DNA of 64,000 nucleotides from Alkalispirochaeta sp. (GTDB lineage Bacteria; Spirochaetota; Spirochaetia; DSM-27196; Alkalispirochaetaceae), in the NCBI GenBank assembly GCA_965601925.1, contig OZ271854.1, forward strand, positions 2,496,001-2,560,000, in the 5' to 3' direction. The notes beneath the pieces are model-generated. The model was not told where the DNA came from. It was given only the letters and a program-made list of their open reading frames with translations, and did not search any database. The position numbers and the translations under genes are program-made. Position 1 is the first letter of the stretch. Each line of letters starts with the position of its first letter. This document shows, piece by piece, positions 8,977-18,988 of the stretch.

Positions 8977-10008
8977 TTAGAAGCGCAGATACGTATTGAT
9001 TTGCAGCGCGATCGTGTTCGTCGCGTTTCTGTTGACTCCGTAGACCGGAATGCTGTACTGCAACTTCGTCTCGATCGGTACCGGAAGACTCGTGAAGAAC
9101 GCGTTGACTTGCGGCGTCACAGTCAACAGCTGCGTTGCGGAGTCGTCAACGGTCTCCCCTTCGACTTCGATGTCGGGGGTGAAGGTAAAGCGGGTCGCAA
9201 GCGAGCCGCCGAGTCTAAGCCCCTCGCTGATAGGGAACGCTACCTGCGGATCGATCTCGAACGCTTGCTCATAACCGTACGCGAACTCTGAGTCAACGCC
9301 GCCTCCCTGATCGAGATCGCGCGGAAAGAAGATCTGCGTCTGGGAGTAGAGGTTCAGGAAGAACTCTTCAGTGAAGATATAGTCGTAGTGCACGCGAAGT
9401 CCGATACCCCACACGTCGCGATCGGCGCGACCCGCTCTGTACTCATCTCCGTTTGCCTGATTCTCGTTCTCGTCATCCGGATCGTAGGTTGAGAGTGGAA
9501 TCTTGGCACCCACGGACGTCGCCAAACGCATCGTTTCACTGGGAATGTACCCGGATGAACCGAGAATCTGAATCTTCGCACCGAGGAACAGGTCGTTTAG
9601 CCCCGTTTGTTGCGCATTTTCGATGCTCTCGACTACCGCGCTCGCCGTATCGGGCGCTGCCGCTTCGACGGCCGAAGGCGCCGAGGCTGACGTATTGCTC
9701 GAGAACTGCCAGCCCGGCGTCCACTGAGCGGCGACGTTTATTTGATCGGTAACACCGACCTCGAGGGCGAAGTTAAGCGCCCACACGTTTACCGAGTCGA
9801 TCGGAAAGACTTGCGTGCCGAGAGCTCCAAGATCTACATCTTGGCCAAGATCCTGGCGCTCACCGTCGTTATCGAACTCTTGATTGGTGAACGAAAACGC
9901 CGGAATCGTTCGAAAACGTATGACCCTGTTGGGAAGGATCAATGCGTCGTCGGCAAACATCGGAGCCGCTACCGCAACGAGCAGTAGGACAGTCATAATC
10001 TTCTTCAT
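8977..10008 (-). CDS. Exported protein, probable outer-membrane beta-barrel
   Basis: MKKIMTVLLLVAVAAPMFA signal peptide after GGAGAGGAG RBS; alternating hydrophobic beta-strands; C-terminal INTYLRF (terminal Phe). Confidence 0.7.
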   Translation of the reverse strand: MKKIMTVLLLVAVAAPMFADDALILPNRVIRFRTIPAFSFTNQEFDNDGERQDLGQDVDLGALGTQVFPIDSVNVWALNFALEVGVTDQINVAAQWTPGWQFSSNTSASAPSAVEAAAPDTASAVVESIENAQQTGLNDLFLGAKIQILGSSGYIPSETMRLATSVGAKIPLSTYDPDDENENQANGDEYRAGRADRDVWGIGLRVHYDYIFTEEFFLNLYSQTQIFFPRDLDQGGGVDSEFAYGYEQAFEIDPQVAFPISEGLRLGGSLATRFTFTPDIEVEGETVDDSATQLLTVTPQVNAFFTSLPVPIETKLQYSIPVYGVNRNATNTIALQINTYLRF

Positions 10009-10225
10009 GTGTTGGTTCACTCCTCTCCTTCGGACAGCGCCGAAGCTATAAGCATTTTCAGACAGAATCATTCATGTGTCAATCGATTGAACACTTTTGT
10101 CGGTTTGTAGCCGAAAAATTAATCGCCGCTAACCTCGTCTTCGTCGCCCGCATACGCATCGGGGGCCGACGCGGCGGCGGCGGTCGATTGAGTCGGTGCG
10201 CGGGGTCGGGTAATATGAGCGGATC

Positions 10226-12460
10226 ATGACACCTACGCTCCGGGAGGCGCTGGCGGGGCTCAATAAGGCCCAGCGGGAGGCGGTGCTCCACCAAGACGGT
10301 TCGCTCCTCATACTCGCCGGCGCCGGCAGCGGCAAAACGCGCGTTATTACCGTAAAAATTGCATACCTCGTCGACGAGCTAGGCGTCGATCCACGCTCGG
10401 TTCTGGCGGTTACATTCACCAATAAGGCGGCCGGTGAAATGCGCGAACGTGCTCGTTCGCTCATCGGTGCGGGGGACAACGCCTCGCTATTGACGCTACG
10501 GACCTTTCACTCATTCGGTGCGTGGATGCTGCGTCGCAACGCGGGAGTGGCCGGCCTACCGCGCGGATTCACCATTTACGACGACGACGATGCGATCACG
10601 CTGCTGCGCGCACTGTACCCCGAGCAGCGCCGTGCAACGTTGGCGAGGTTCTACCATCTCATCAGCCGCGCCAAGGACTATTGTCTCGGTCCCGACGATG
10701 ATCTGTCGGACGTGAGCGAAGATCCGGAGTTCGTCTCGATCTATCGCGCCTATCAGACGCGCCTGGAGGAGATCGGCAACGTCGATTTCGGCGATCTTAT
10801 CATGAGGCCGGTCACACTATTGGAGAACGACGCGGTCGTTGCCGAACGTATGCAGCGGCGTTTTCGCCACCTCTTGGTGGACGAGTACCAGGACTCCAAC
10901 GTGGCGCAGTATCGAATGCTTCGCGCCCTCGCATCGGACGATGCGTTTGTATGCGTCGTCGGCGACGACGACCAGTCGATCTATCGCTTTCGTGGTGCCG
11001 AGGTCCAGAATATTCTCACCTTTCCCGATCGTTTCCCCGGCACAAAAATCGTCCGTCTGGAACAGAACTATCGCTCTACCGAGCCGATCCTGGACCTTGC
11101 GGGCGCCGTAGTCGCCAACAACCGTGGACGACTCGGCAAGACCTTGTTCACCGACCGCACCGACGGAGAGCGTCCGCGATTGCTGCTTCTGGCCGACCAG
11201 GATGAGGAGGTTTCCTTCGTGATCGGTAGAGTACGCGCTGCGATTGACGCGGGTGAGGAGGGCGAGACGGCGATTCTCTATCGTACCAACGCCCAGTCCC
11301 GCGCCTTCGAGACGGCGTTGCTGAGGGAAAATATCTCGTATCGAATCATCGGCTCCGTGCGGTTCTGGGATCGCGAAGAGGTCAAAGACGCGGTTGCCTT
11401 TCTCAAGTTTCTCGCCAATCCGCGCGACGAGGTGAGTTTCCGTCGCATAATCAACAAACCGGCTCGCGGGCTGGGAGCCAAGAGCGTCGATCGTATTCTG
11501 GAGAAGCTCTCGTATTCCCGTGGGGACCTCTCCTCGGCCGCGGACTACGCAATCCCCGAGTTGAGCAAGAAGGCGGGAACGGCGTTGGCCGGTTTCGTTC
11601 GTCTCGTCGGCCGGCTCGGTGCGATACTCCGCGGTGAGCCGGCCGGTCCGACGTCGCAGATTTCCGCCGACACCCCCGACGTTCTCGGTTCGGCGCATCC
11701 GGCATCGCTCGCGGCGATCGTCGAGGAGATGCTGGTGGGCAGCGGGCTGAATCGACACCACCAGGAGCAAGACGAAGTCTCGGGTACACAAAAGTTGCAG
11801 AACCTCGAAGAACTCGTGAACGCCGCCTCGCTCTATCCCCCGTCTTTCGATGGACTCGCGGAGTTTCTCGAGGCGATCGAGCTCGACAGTTCGCGCGAAG
11901 AGGACTCCGACGACGCTGCGCGCGTCGTACTGATCACGATGCACAACACAAAGGGTCTCGAGTTCGACCGCGTCGTCATCACCGGACTCGAGGAAGGACT
12001 CTTCCCGCGCGACGGCGATCCGGAGGATATCGAGGAGGAGCGACGCCTCTTTTATGTGGCGATCACCAGGGCTCGAAATGAGCTGACGCTCACCAGTTGT
12101 CGCTACCGACGGCTCCACGGCAAGCTTTCGGACTTTTTGCCCTCCCGGTTTCTTACTGAGGTTCCTAAGGAGCTGATACACGTCGACGCCGGCGAGTACG
12201 CGTCCGGCGGCGTTAACGACACGTTGGGGGCCCTCGACGGTTTGCGTAACGGACGCAGCAACGGGGAAGAGCATCCGTGGCCGCGCGGGACGGCGATTTT
12301 TCACGACGATTACGGCAGCGGCCTGGTCGTCAAGGCGTGGTACTCGGGCTCCGAACCGGTGGTGCTCGTACGGTTCGAAACCGGCGCGACGGCGCAGTTT
12401 CTGCCCAAGTACACACCCCTCGAGCGAATCGCCGGAGACGATGGAGAGCACATTTGGTAG
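10226..12460 (+). CDS. pcrA: ATP-dependent DNA helicase UvrD/PcrA
   Basis: AGAGSGKT, VTFTNKAA, VDEYQD, VGDDDQSIY, LEQNYRS, TMHNTKGLEF, EERRLFYVAITRA. Confidence 0.95.
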   Translation: MTPTLREALAGLNKAQREAVLHQDGSLLILAGAGSGKTRVITVKIAYLVDELGVDPRSVLAVTFTNKAAGEMRERARSLIGAGDNASLLTLRTFHSFGAWMLRRNAGVAGLPRGFTIYDDDDAITLLRALYPEQRRATLARFYHLISRAKDYCLGPDDDLSDVSEDPEFVSIYRAYQTRLEEIGNVDFGDLIMRPVTLLENDAVVAERMQRRFRHLLVDEYQDSNVAQYRMLRALASDDAFVCVVGDDDQSIYRFRGAEVQNILTFPDRFPGTKIVRLEQNYRSTEPILDLAGAVVANNRGRLGKTLFTDRTDGERPRLLLLADQDEEVSFVIGRVRAAIDAGEEGETAILYRTNAQSRAFETALLRENISYRIIGSVRFWDREEVKDAVAFLKFLANPRDEVSFRRIINKPARGLGAKSVDRILEKLSYSRGDLSSAADYAIPELSKKAGTALAGFVRLVGRLGAILRGEPAGPTSQISADTPDVLGSAHPASLAAIVEEMLVGSGLNRHHQEQDEVSGTQKLQNLEELVNAASLYPPSFDGLAEFLEAIELDSSREEDSDDAARVVLITMHNTKGLEFDRVVITGLEEGLFPRDGDPEDIEEERRLFYVAITRARNELTLTSCRYRRLHGKLSDFLPSRFLTEVPKELIHVDAGEYASGGVNDTLGALDGLRNGRSNGEEHPWPRGTAIFHDDYGSGLVVKAWYSGSEPVVLVRFETGATAQFLPKYTPLERIAGDDGEHIW

Positions 12461-12504
12461 CCGGCAGCCAGGGGCGGTCGGGTGACTCCGATGCGGCGGA
12501 TACG

Positions 12505-13278
12505 ATGATGAGCGACGCCGTCGTACGAGCCTACCGCATGCCGCCCGGGCGGATCATCCGCCGCGCTCGGGAGTGGCGACTCTACGATCAGGTCGGAGAC
12601 CGGTATACCGACTTCTGGCAGGGAGACGGCGCCGCGTTTCTGGGCCATCGCCCGGCGGGATTCGCCCGCACCGTCGAGGCGGAGATCGATCGCGGCCTGT
12701 GGACCGCTCTCCCTACGCCTTGGCCGCGACGTCTGCGCACCGCCCTGAATCGCCTGGCGGAGCGCGCCGGCGTACCGTCTCTATCCGTGTTGAACGGCTC
12801 GGAGGCGGCGGGCCGCGTCGCCTCACATCGATGGCTCCCTCTCGGCTCCCACCTCGACACGTCTCGACGTGACGGCGCCACCGACGATTCGGACGGACCG
12901 CACGGCGTCGTTCTGCCGGCGCCGATCGCTTTGGGCGGTCCGGTACGACAGCCCGAGGAGATCTCACCGGTACTACTCGCCGCGCTCACGCGGGCGGCAT
13001 TGATCCTCTTTGATTACTTGGGTAGCGACGCCGCTCACAGTCGATTGGAGTTGGCACACTCCATCGTCGTGCCTCCCGGCTGGACAAGAAGTGGTTGTTG
13101 GTTCCTCCCTCCGAGCGAGAGCGGATCGACGGACCGGTGGGACCTTATACGTTCTCGAGCCTTGGAACGCGCCATTGTGCTTCCTCCCGATTCGTCCACA
13201 CCGATGGTCGTACCCGGTGAGTTGGGGCGGCGAGAGCGTGCGCAATGGAAGGAATTGTGGAATGAATGGTCCCGCTGA
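12505..13278 (+). CDS. Hypothetical protein resembling a truncated class-III aminotransferase N-terminus
   Basis: RRAREWRLYDQVGDRYTDFWQGDGAAFLGH resembles fold-type-I class III N-terminal segment; alternative in-frame TTG start at 12454. Confidence 0.6.
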   Translation: MMSDAVVRAYRMPPGRIIRRAREWRLYDQVGDRYTDFWQGDGAAFLGHRPAGFARTVEAEIDRGLWTALPTPWPRRLRTALNRLAERAGVPSLSVLNGSEAAGRVASHRWLPLGSHLDTSRRDGATDDSDGPHGVVLPAPIALGGPVRQPEEISPVLLAALTRAALILFDYLGSDAAHSRLELAHSIVVPPGWTRSGCWFLPPSESGSTDRWDLIRSRALERAIVLPPDSSTPMVVPGELGRRERAQWKELWNEWSR

Positions 13279-13561
13279 ACTGAGTGTCTTGGTCGTCGAT
13301 CTCCTTGTGAGCGGGGGCGTTGCGTTTGCGGCAATTATGTTGTGGTCGCTGACGCGTTCTCCGGCGTGGATGCTCGTTATCATCGGACTGGTTATTCGAT
13401 TTGGCGATGTGGCCTTCCAAACATTGGATCGCTTTGGTATTATCGCCGTCGTCGACTTGCGCGTTCAGGGTATTCCGGTGTTTTGGGTGCTCATGCGCGC
13501 CGTGCCGCTCCTTTTCATCGCTGCGGGGTTGATCGCAATGATCAGGAGCCTGAGAATTTAG
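13262..13561 (+). CDS. Small hypothetical membrane protein (about 3 TM)
   Basis: ATG 13262 in the 13010 frame; MNGPAELSVLVVDLLVSGGVAFAAIMLW... strongly hydrophobic. Confidence 0.7.
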   Translation: MNGPAELSVLVVDLLVSGGVAFAAIMLWSLTRSPAWMLVIIGLVIRFGDVAFQTLDRFGIIAVVDLRVQGIPVFWVLMRAVPLLFIAAGLIAMIRSLRI

Positions 13562-13579
13562 CCGTGACGGAGGATATTG

Positions 13580-13882
13580 ATGGGTGCATTGATTGTAGGG
13601 ATCGTCTTTCTACTGTTTGCCGTATACGCCGTACTTCCGGCTTCGATTCCCTTTGCCCTTCTGAATTGGTGGGAACAGGTGAAAATCGTACTGGCCGGGG
13701 GAATTCCGCTTCTGGCGCTGTTTATCGGTTTTATCGCGATCATGATCGGTATCGCCGACATTAAAGATAAAATCGAGGCCAAAAAGGAAGAAGAGGAAGA
13801 GGCGCGCGCCGCGGCGGAGGCGGAAAAGAATGAGGCCTCCGATACCGCGAAATCGGCCGATACCGACGATAAAAAAGACTGA
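13580..13882 (+). CDS. Small hypothetical membrane protein (2 TM, charged C-tail)
   Basis: GGAGG RBS; two hydrophobic segments then IGIADIKDKIEAKKEEEE tail. Confidence 0.78.
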   Translation: MGALIVGIVFLLFAVYAVLPASIPFALLNWWEQVKIVLAGGIPLLALFIGFIAIMIGIADIKDKIEAKKEEEEEARAAAEAEKNEASDTAKSADTDDKKD

Positions 13883-13960
13883 TACGGAAGCCGGTGCATC
13901 GGCCTTGACACTTTGTCATCGCTATGCAAAGGTTACGGCTCATATTTTTCGAGTACTACG

Positions 13961-14407
13961 ATGAAAACAATATTCGTAAAACCCAAAGAGGTAGAGCGTA
14001 AGTGGTATGTGATCGACGCTGCGGGTCAGCGCCTCGGTCGAGTCGCTGTAGAGGCGGCCGATATCCTGCGCGGGAAAAAGAAAGCGGCTTACACGCCCCA
14101 CCAAGAGGTTGGAGACTACGTCATTATCATCAACGCCGATCAGGTGGCGGTGACGGGACGTAAGGCTACGCAGAAGATGTATTATCGACACAGCGGTTAT
14201 CTCGGATCGCTCAGCTCCGAATCCTTTCAGAAGGTAATAGGACGCAAACCGCAGTTCCCGATCGAACACGCAGTTCGGGGAATGCTTCCGAAGAATCGCC
14301 TGGGTCGAAAGTTGTTCACCAATCTCAAGGTGTACGCGGGCTCGGAGCATCCTCATGCAGCTCAAAAACCGGAAGCGGTCACGCTTGCGGCGGTAAAGGA
14401 GGCGTAG
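13961..14407 (+). CDS. rplM: 50S ribosomal protein L13
   Basis: [57 protein letters not shown]. Confidence 0.98.
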   Translation: MKTIFVKPKEVERKWYVIDAAGQRLGRVAVEAADILRGKKKAAYTPHQEVGDYVIIINADQVAVTGRKATQKMYYRHSGYLGSLSSESFQKVIGRKPQFPIEHAVRGMLPKNRLGRKLFTNLKVYAGSEHPHAAQKPEAVTLAAVKEA

Positions 14408-14411
14408 CCGT

Positions 14412-14798
14412 ATGGATCAGTATTTGGGTACGGGGCGCCGCAAAACGTCGGTCGCCCGCGTCTATCTTCGTCCCGGTTCGGGAAGTGTCACCATCAACGG
14501 ACGTAACGTCGACGAGTACTTTCATCGCCAAGAGAACATCATTGTCGCCAAGCAGCCGCTCGTCATTACCGAGAAGGAGACCGACTTCGATGTGTTGGTT
14601 AAGGTATCGGGCGGGGGAGAGAGCGGTCAGGCCGGTGCAATCCGTCACGGCGTCGCGCGTGCCCTCGTCAAGTACGACGAAGAGCTGACACGGACGCTTC
14701 GGGCAAACGGTTTTCTGACTCGCGACCCGCGTATGGTCGAGCGTAAGAAGTACGGTCAGCGTGGCGCGCGCCGCAAGTTCCAATTCTCCAAGCGCTAA
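14412..14798 (+). CDS. rpsI: 30S ribosomal protein S9
   Basis: [49 protein letters not shown]. Confidence 0.98.
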   Translation: MDQYLGTGRRKTSVARVYLRPGSGSVTINGRNVDEYFHRQENIIVAKQPLVITEKETDFDVLVKVSGGGESGQAGAIRHGVARALVKYDEELTRTLRANGFLTRDPRMVERKKYGQRGARRKFQFSKR

Positions 14799-14837
14799 AG
14801 CTATCGATCCGGATCATCCGGTCAAAATCGAGTCCAT

Positions 14838-14876
14838 ACGCCCGCACGCATCCGTCGCTGCGGGCGTTTCTGTTTT
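14838..14876 (+). terminator. Probable terminator after rpsI
   Basis: ACGCCCGCA...TGCGGGCGT stem followed by TTCTGTTTT. Confidence 0.65.
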
Positions 14877-15021
14877 CGCATGGTGGGACCCCCTCAAAGG
14901 ACCCGGTTCCGCGTGGGATCCTTCTTCGAAATATCACGCTTCGTCTCTGAGGCCGCCACGCAATAGCGACCGCCAGCCCCGCGAACGCGTTCGACTCGTC
15001 CGATTCGACATCGCTCGAGCC

Positions 15022-15537
15022 GTGTGGAGCCGCGAGGGCACGGATCTCGCCGCCGGTGCGTACACGGTGACCGGGCGGCTCCGAGCACTGGCGCAACGGA
15101 GCATGCAAACCTTCGTAACCGCCGATGCCGCGGGTATACTCGCTCGTCGTGAACACAGCGAGGCGGAGCTCGTTCGCAAGCTGCGTCGTAAGGGCTACGA
15201 CAAAGAGAGTTGTCGATTCGCCCTCGAGGCGGTTCGCAAAAAGGGCTATCAGGACGACCGACGGTTTGCCGATGTATGGGTGCGTTCGGCGATGCGGGGG
15301 CGAGGCAAGAGTCGTAATGCGCTTCTCGCGGGACTTGCGGAGCGGGGAGTAGATCGGGACGTTGCCCGGCAGGCGGTCGCCGCATACGAAACGGATCACC
15401 CGGATTGCTTCGATGTCGCTCTGCAAAACGCTCTCTCCAGGATTTCCGGCGGCGATACGACGAATCGCGAGCGGATCATGCGGCGTCTCGTACGCGCCGG
15501 ATTTCCATTAGTTCATATAAGAAAACATTTTACTTGA
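15022..15537 (+). CDS. recX: Regulatory protein RecX (start uncertain)
   Basis: LARREHSEAELVRKLRRKGY, GYQDDRRFA, L.ERGV, RLVRAGF; in-frame GTG 15022 or ATG 15103. Confidence 0.85.
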   Translation: MWSREGTDLAAGAYTVTGRLRALAQRSMQTFVTADAAGILARREHSEAELVRKLRRKGYDKESCRFALEAVRKKGYQDDRRFADVWVRSAMRGRGKSRNALLAGLAERGVDRDVARQAVAAYETDHPDCFDVALQNALSRISGGDTTNRERIMRRLVRAGFPLVHIRKHFT

Positions 15538-15563
15538 CATTAGTGGAGTTTTTTGGGTATACT
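15534..15563 (+). promoter_or_regulatory. sigma70-type promoter of the response regulator operon
   Basis: TTGACA 15534-15539, 18 nt, TATACT 15558-15563. Confidence 0.7.
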
Positions 15564-15584
15564 TTCGTTATCAGATAGGATAGG

Positions 15585-16214
15585 ATGGAAGGTATGGCCA
15601 AAGCAAAGAAGAAAAAACGTGTTTTCTCGGCTCACGAAGTAGCCAATTTCTGCGATGTAGTAAATCAAACGGCGATCAACTGGATTCGCCAGGGGCACCT
15701 GGATGCATACACGACGCCCGGTGGACAATATCGCGTATACGCCGACGTACTGGCGAAGTTCATGCAACAACAGGGCATGCGCATGCCCGATGAGGTACGA
15801 GAGGTACTCGCGGAGCAGGCCCGCATAGAACAGGTGCTCATCGTCGACGACGATCAAGAACTCAACGATCTGATAAAGCAATACCTCGACAAACGATATC
15901 CCGAGTTCAAGATCAACCAGGCCTACGACGGATATGACGCAGGCAAAGCCATTTTCGAACATAGGCCCGATGTCGTGCTCCTCGATATCAATCTACCCGG
16001 CGTAGACGGCCTGAAGTTGTGCCGCCAAATCAAAGCGGACGAGAATCTATCGCGACCGATCGTGATATCCATCACCGGTGTAGAAGACAAAGAGGTCGAG
16101 GATCGTGCCAAAGAGGCGGGCGTGGATGCCTTCCTGCGCAAGCCCGTGGACCTTGACGCCCTTCCGGGACTCATCGAGCAACTCGCGGAACAACGATCGA
16201 CGCAGCGGGATTAA
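15585..16214 (+). CDS. Response regulator with N-terminal excisionase/MerR-like HTH
   Basis: FSAHEVANFCDVVNQTAINWIRQGHLDAYTTPGGQYRV HTH; receiver VLIVDDD, LLDINLPGVDG, ITG, LRKP; alternative start 15594. Confidence 0.9.
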   Translation: MEGMAKAKKKKRVFSAHEVANFCDVVNQTAINWIRQGHLDAYTTPGGQYRVYADVLAKFMQQQGMRMPDEVREVLAEQARIEQVLIVDDDQELNDLIKQYLDKRYPEFKINQAYDGYDAGKAIFEHRPDVVLLDINLPGVDGLKLCRQIKADENLSRPIVISITGVEDKEVEDRAKEAGVDAFLRKPVDLDALPGLIEQLAEQRSTQRD

Positions 16215-16577
16215 ATGTCTGACCGGCAGACAACCGTTCTGCTCGTCGAGGACGAAGACGCGATACGGTTAACTCTACGCGATTATCTGGAACGTAAACG
16301 GTATCGCGTTCGCGTCGCATCGGACGGAGTCGGTGCTATTAAGCATCTCCTCGACGGATCGGTCGATGTAATCGTCACCGATTACCGTATGGAGGTGCTT
16401 GGCGGCGACTATTGGATTCGTTTTTTGCAGAAGTTTTGCCCCGATCAACCGGTCATCATCACCAGCGGGTTTCTGAAACCCGACTTTTCCATACCGTATG
16501 AGGTCATCTACAAGCCGTTCGACTACGCCGATCTTGAGGCGCTCATCGTGCGCAAGCTGGCCGAAGTAGAGACATAA
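16215..16577 (+). CDS. Single-domain response regulator
   Basis: VLLVEDE, IVTDYRM, ITSG, YKPF receiver motifs. Confidence 0.88.
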   Translation: MSDRQTTVLLVEDEDAIRLTLRDYLERKRYRVRVASDGVGAIKHLLDGSVDVIVTDYRMEVLGGDYWIRFLQKFCPDQPVIITSGFLKPDFSIPYEVIYKPFDYADLEALIVRKLAEVET

Positions 16578-16855
16578 TGGCGTCCAAGGCCGTTCGTATC
16601 GCCGTGTTCGGGCGCGTGCAAGGCGTGGGGTTTCGGTACTTCACCGAGCGCGCGGCGCGCACTCTCGGCCTGGTCGGTTGGGTTCGTAATCGGCCGGACG
16701 GGAGTGTCGAGGTATATGCCGAGGGTTCCGGCGATCGGTTGGATGAGTTCCAAGCGTATCTTCGCGACGGACCCCCTCTTGCGCGCGTCGACCGTCTGGA
16801 CGTCTCGGAAATGGTGCCTCACGCCATATATGAGCGTTTTCGCGTCGAATATTGA
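16577..16855 (+). CDS. acyP: Acylphosphatase
   Basis: GRVQGVGFRY, GWVRNRPDGSVEV, GPPLARV. Confidence 0.95.
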   Translation: MASKAVRIAVFGRVQGVGFRYFTERAARTLGLVGWVRNRPDGSVEVYAEGSGDRLDEFQAYLRDGPPLARVDRLDVSEMVPHAIYERFRVEY

Positions 16856-16863
16856 GCCTTTTC

Positions 16864-16892
16864 TTGACACCACTTTTGACAGTTCCTATAGT
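16864..16892 (+). promoter_or_regulatory. sigma70-type promoter
   Basis: TTGACA 16864-16869, 17 nt, TATAGT 16887-16892; GGAGG RBS before ATG 16922. Confidence 0.7.
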
Positions 16893-16921
16893 TTTCTGCA
16901 TTAAAGCATAGGAGGCTTGCT

Positions 16922-17365
16922 ATGAAACGATTACTGGTCGGTATTCTGTTTCTGTTTATCGCGTTGGGCACCTGGGGGCAAAATTGGAGTTTAGATCCAA
17001 CGTACGGTAGCGTCAACTTGGAGTCGGGATTTCAACCGGATCCCTTCCGCCGCTCCATGACCGCCGGCGGATCGAGCAATCTTTCGCAGTTGGGATACTA
17101 CGGATACGTCGCGGAGGCGCCGGACTTCAGTCTCAACTACTCCGCCGGATTCTTTTCCCTCACGATCAAAGTCGAGAACACCAACGCCGATACGGTGCTT
17201 CTCGTAAACGGTCCGACCGGTAGCTGGCACTTCAACGACGATACGAACGGGCTCGATCCGGCGATCACGTTCAGCAATCCCACCGACGGCCGATACGATA
17301 TATGGATCGGCACCTTTGACGGGAACTTTGCCGATTCGACGCTGGTAATCACCGAACTCGACTGA
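16922..17365 (+). CDS. Small secreted protein with PPC-like beta-sandwich domain
   Basis: Signal peptide; PTYGSVNLESGFQPDP, GYVAEAPD, DTVLLVNGPTGSWHFNDD, GRYDIWIG. Confidence 0.75.
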   Translation: MKRLLVGILFLFIALGTWGQNWSLDPTYGSVNLESGFQPDPFRRSMTAGGSSNLSQLGYYGYVAEAPDFSLNYSAGFFSLTIKVENTNADTVLLVNGPTGSWHFNDDTNGLDPAITFSNPTDGRYDIWIGTFDGNFADSTLVITELD

Positions 17366-17381
17366 CGCATCGTTCATTCAC

Positions 17382-17422
17382 AAAAAAAGGCTGCACCGTC
17401 GTTACGACGGGCAGCCTTTTTT
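17382..17422. terminator. Bidirectional Rho-independent terminator
   Basis: A7-GGCTGC(A)CCGTC-GTTAC-GACGGGCAGCC-T6 between convergent genes. Confidence 0.88.
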
Positions 17423-17447
17423 GCGTCTCGGTACCGAGAGCTACCGG

Positions 17448-18818
<1,371 letters not shown>

Positions 18819-18988
18819 TCATCCGATCCGGCGAAACGTCCGTCGTCCGAGATGCGCCGCAATCCGATTGGATGGGCGAGTCGAGCCTTCATGTGGTGTG
18901 AGACACGACGCTTTCATCGCGATTGACACCGCCCGATCCGTACACCGCGCTTGTGCCCCGCTCGGCCATGCCATACAATTCCCCCGGT

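Noticed and set aside
10817..12451. 544-aa antisense ORF inside pcrA (similarly 17421-18551, 22987-24495, 32920-34206, 49856-51097)
   Set aside because: Shadow ORFs exactly opposite well-supported genes; expected from codon bias in high-GC DNA; no motifs
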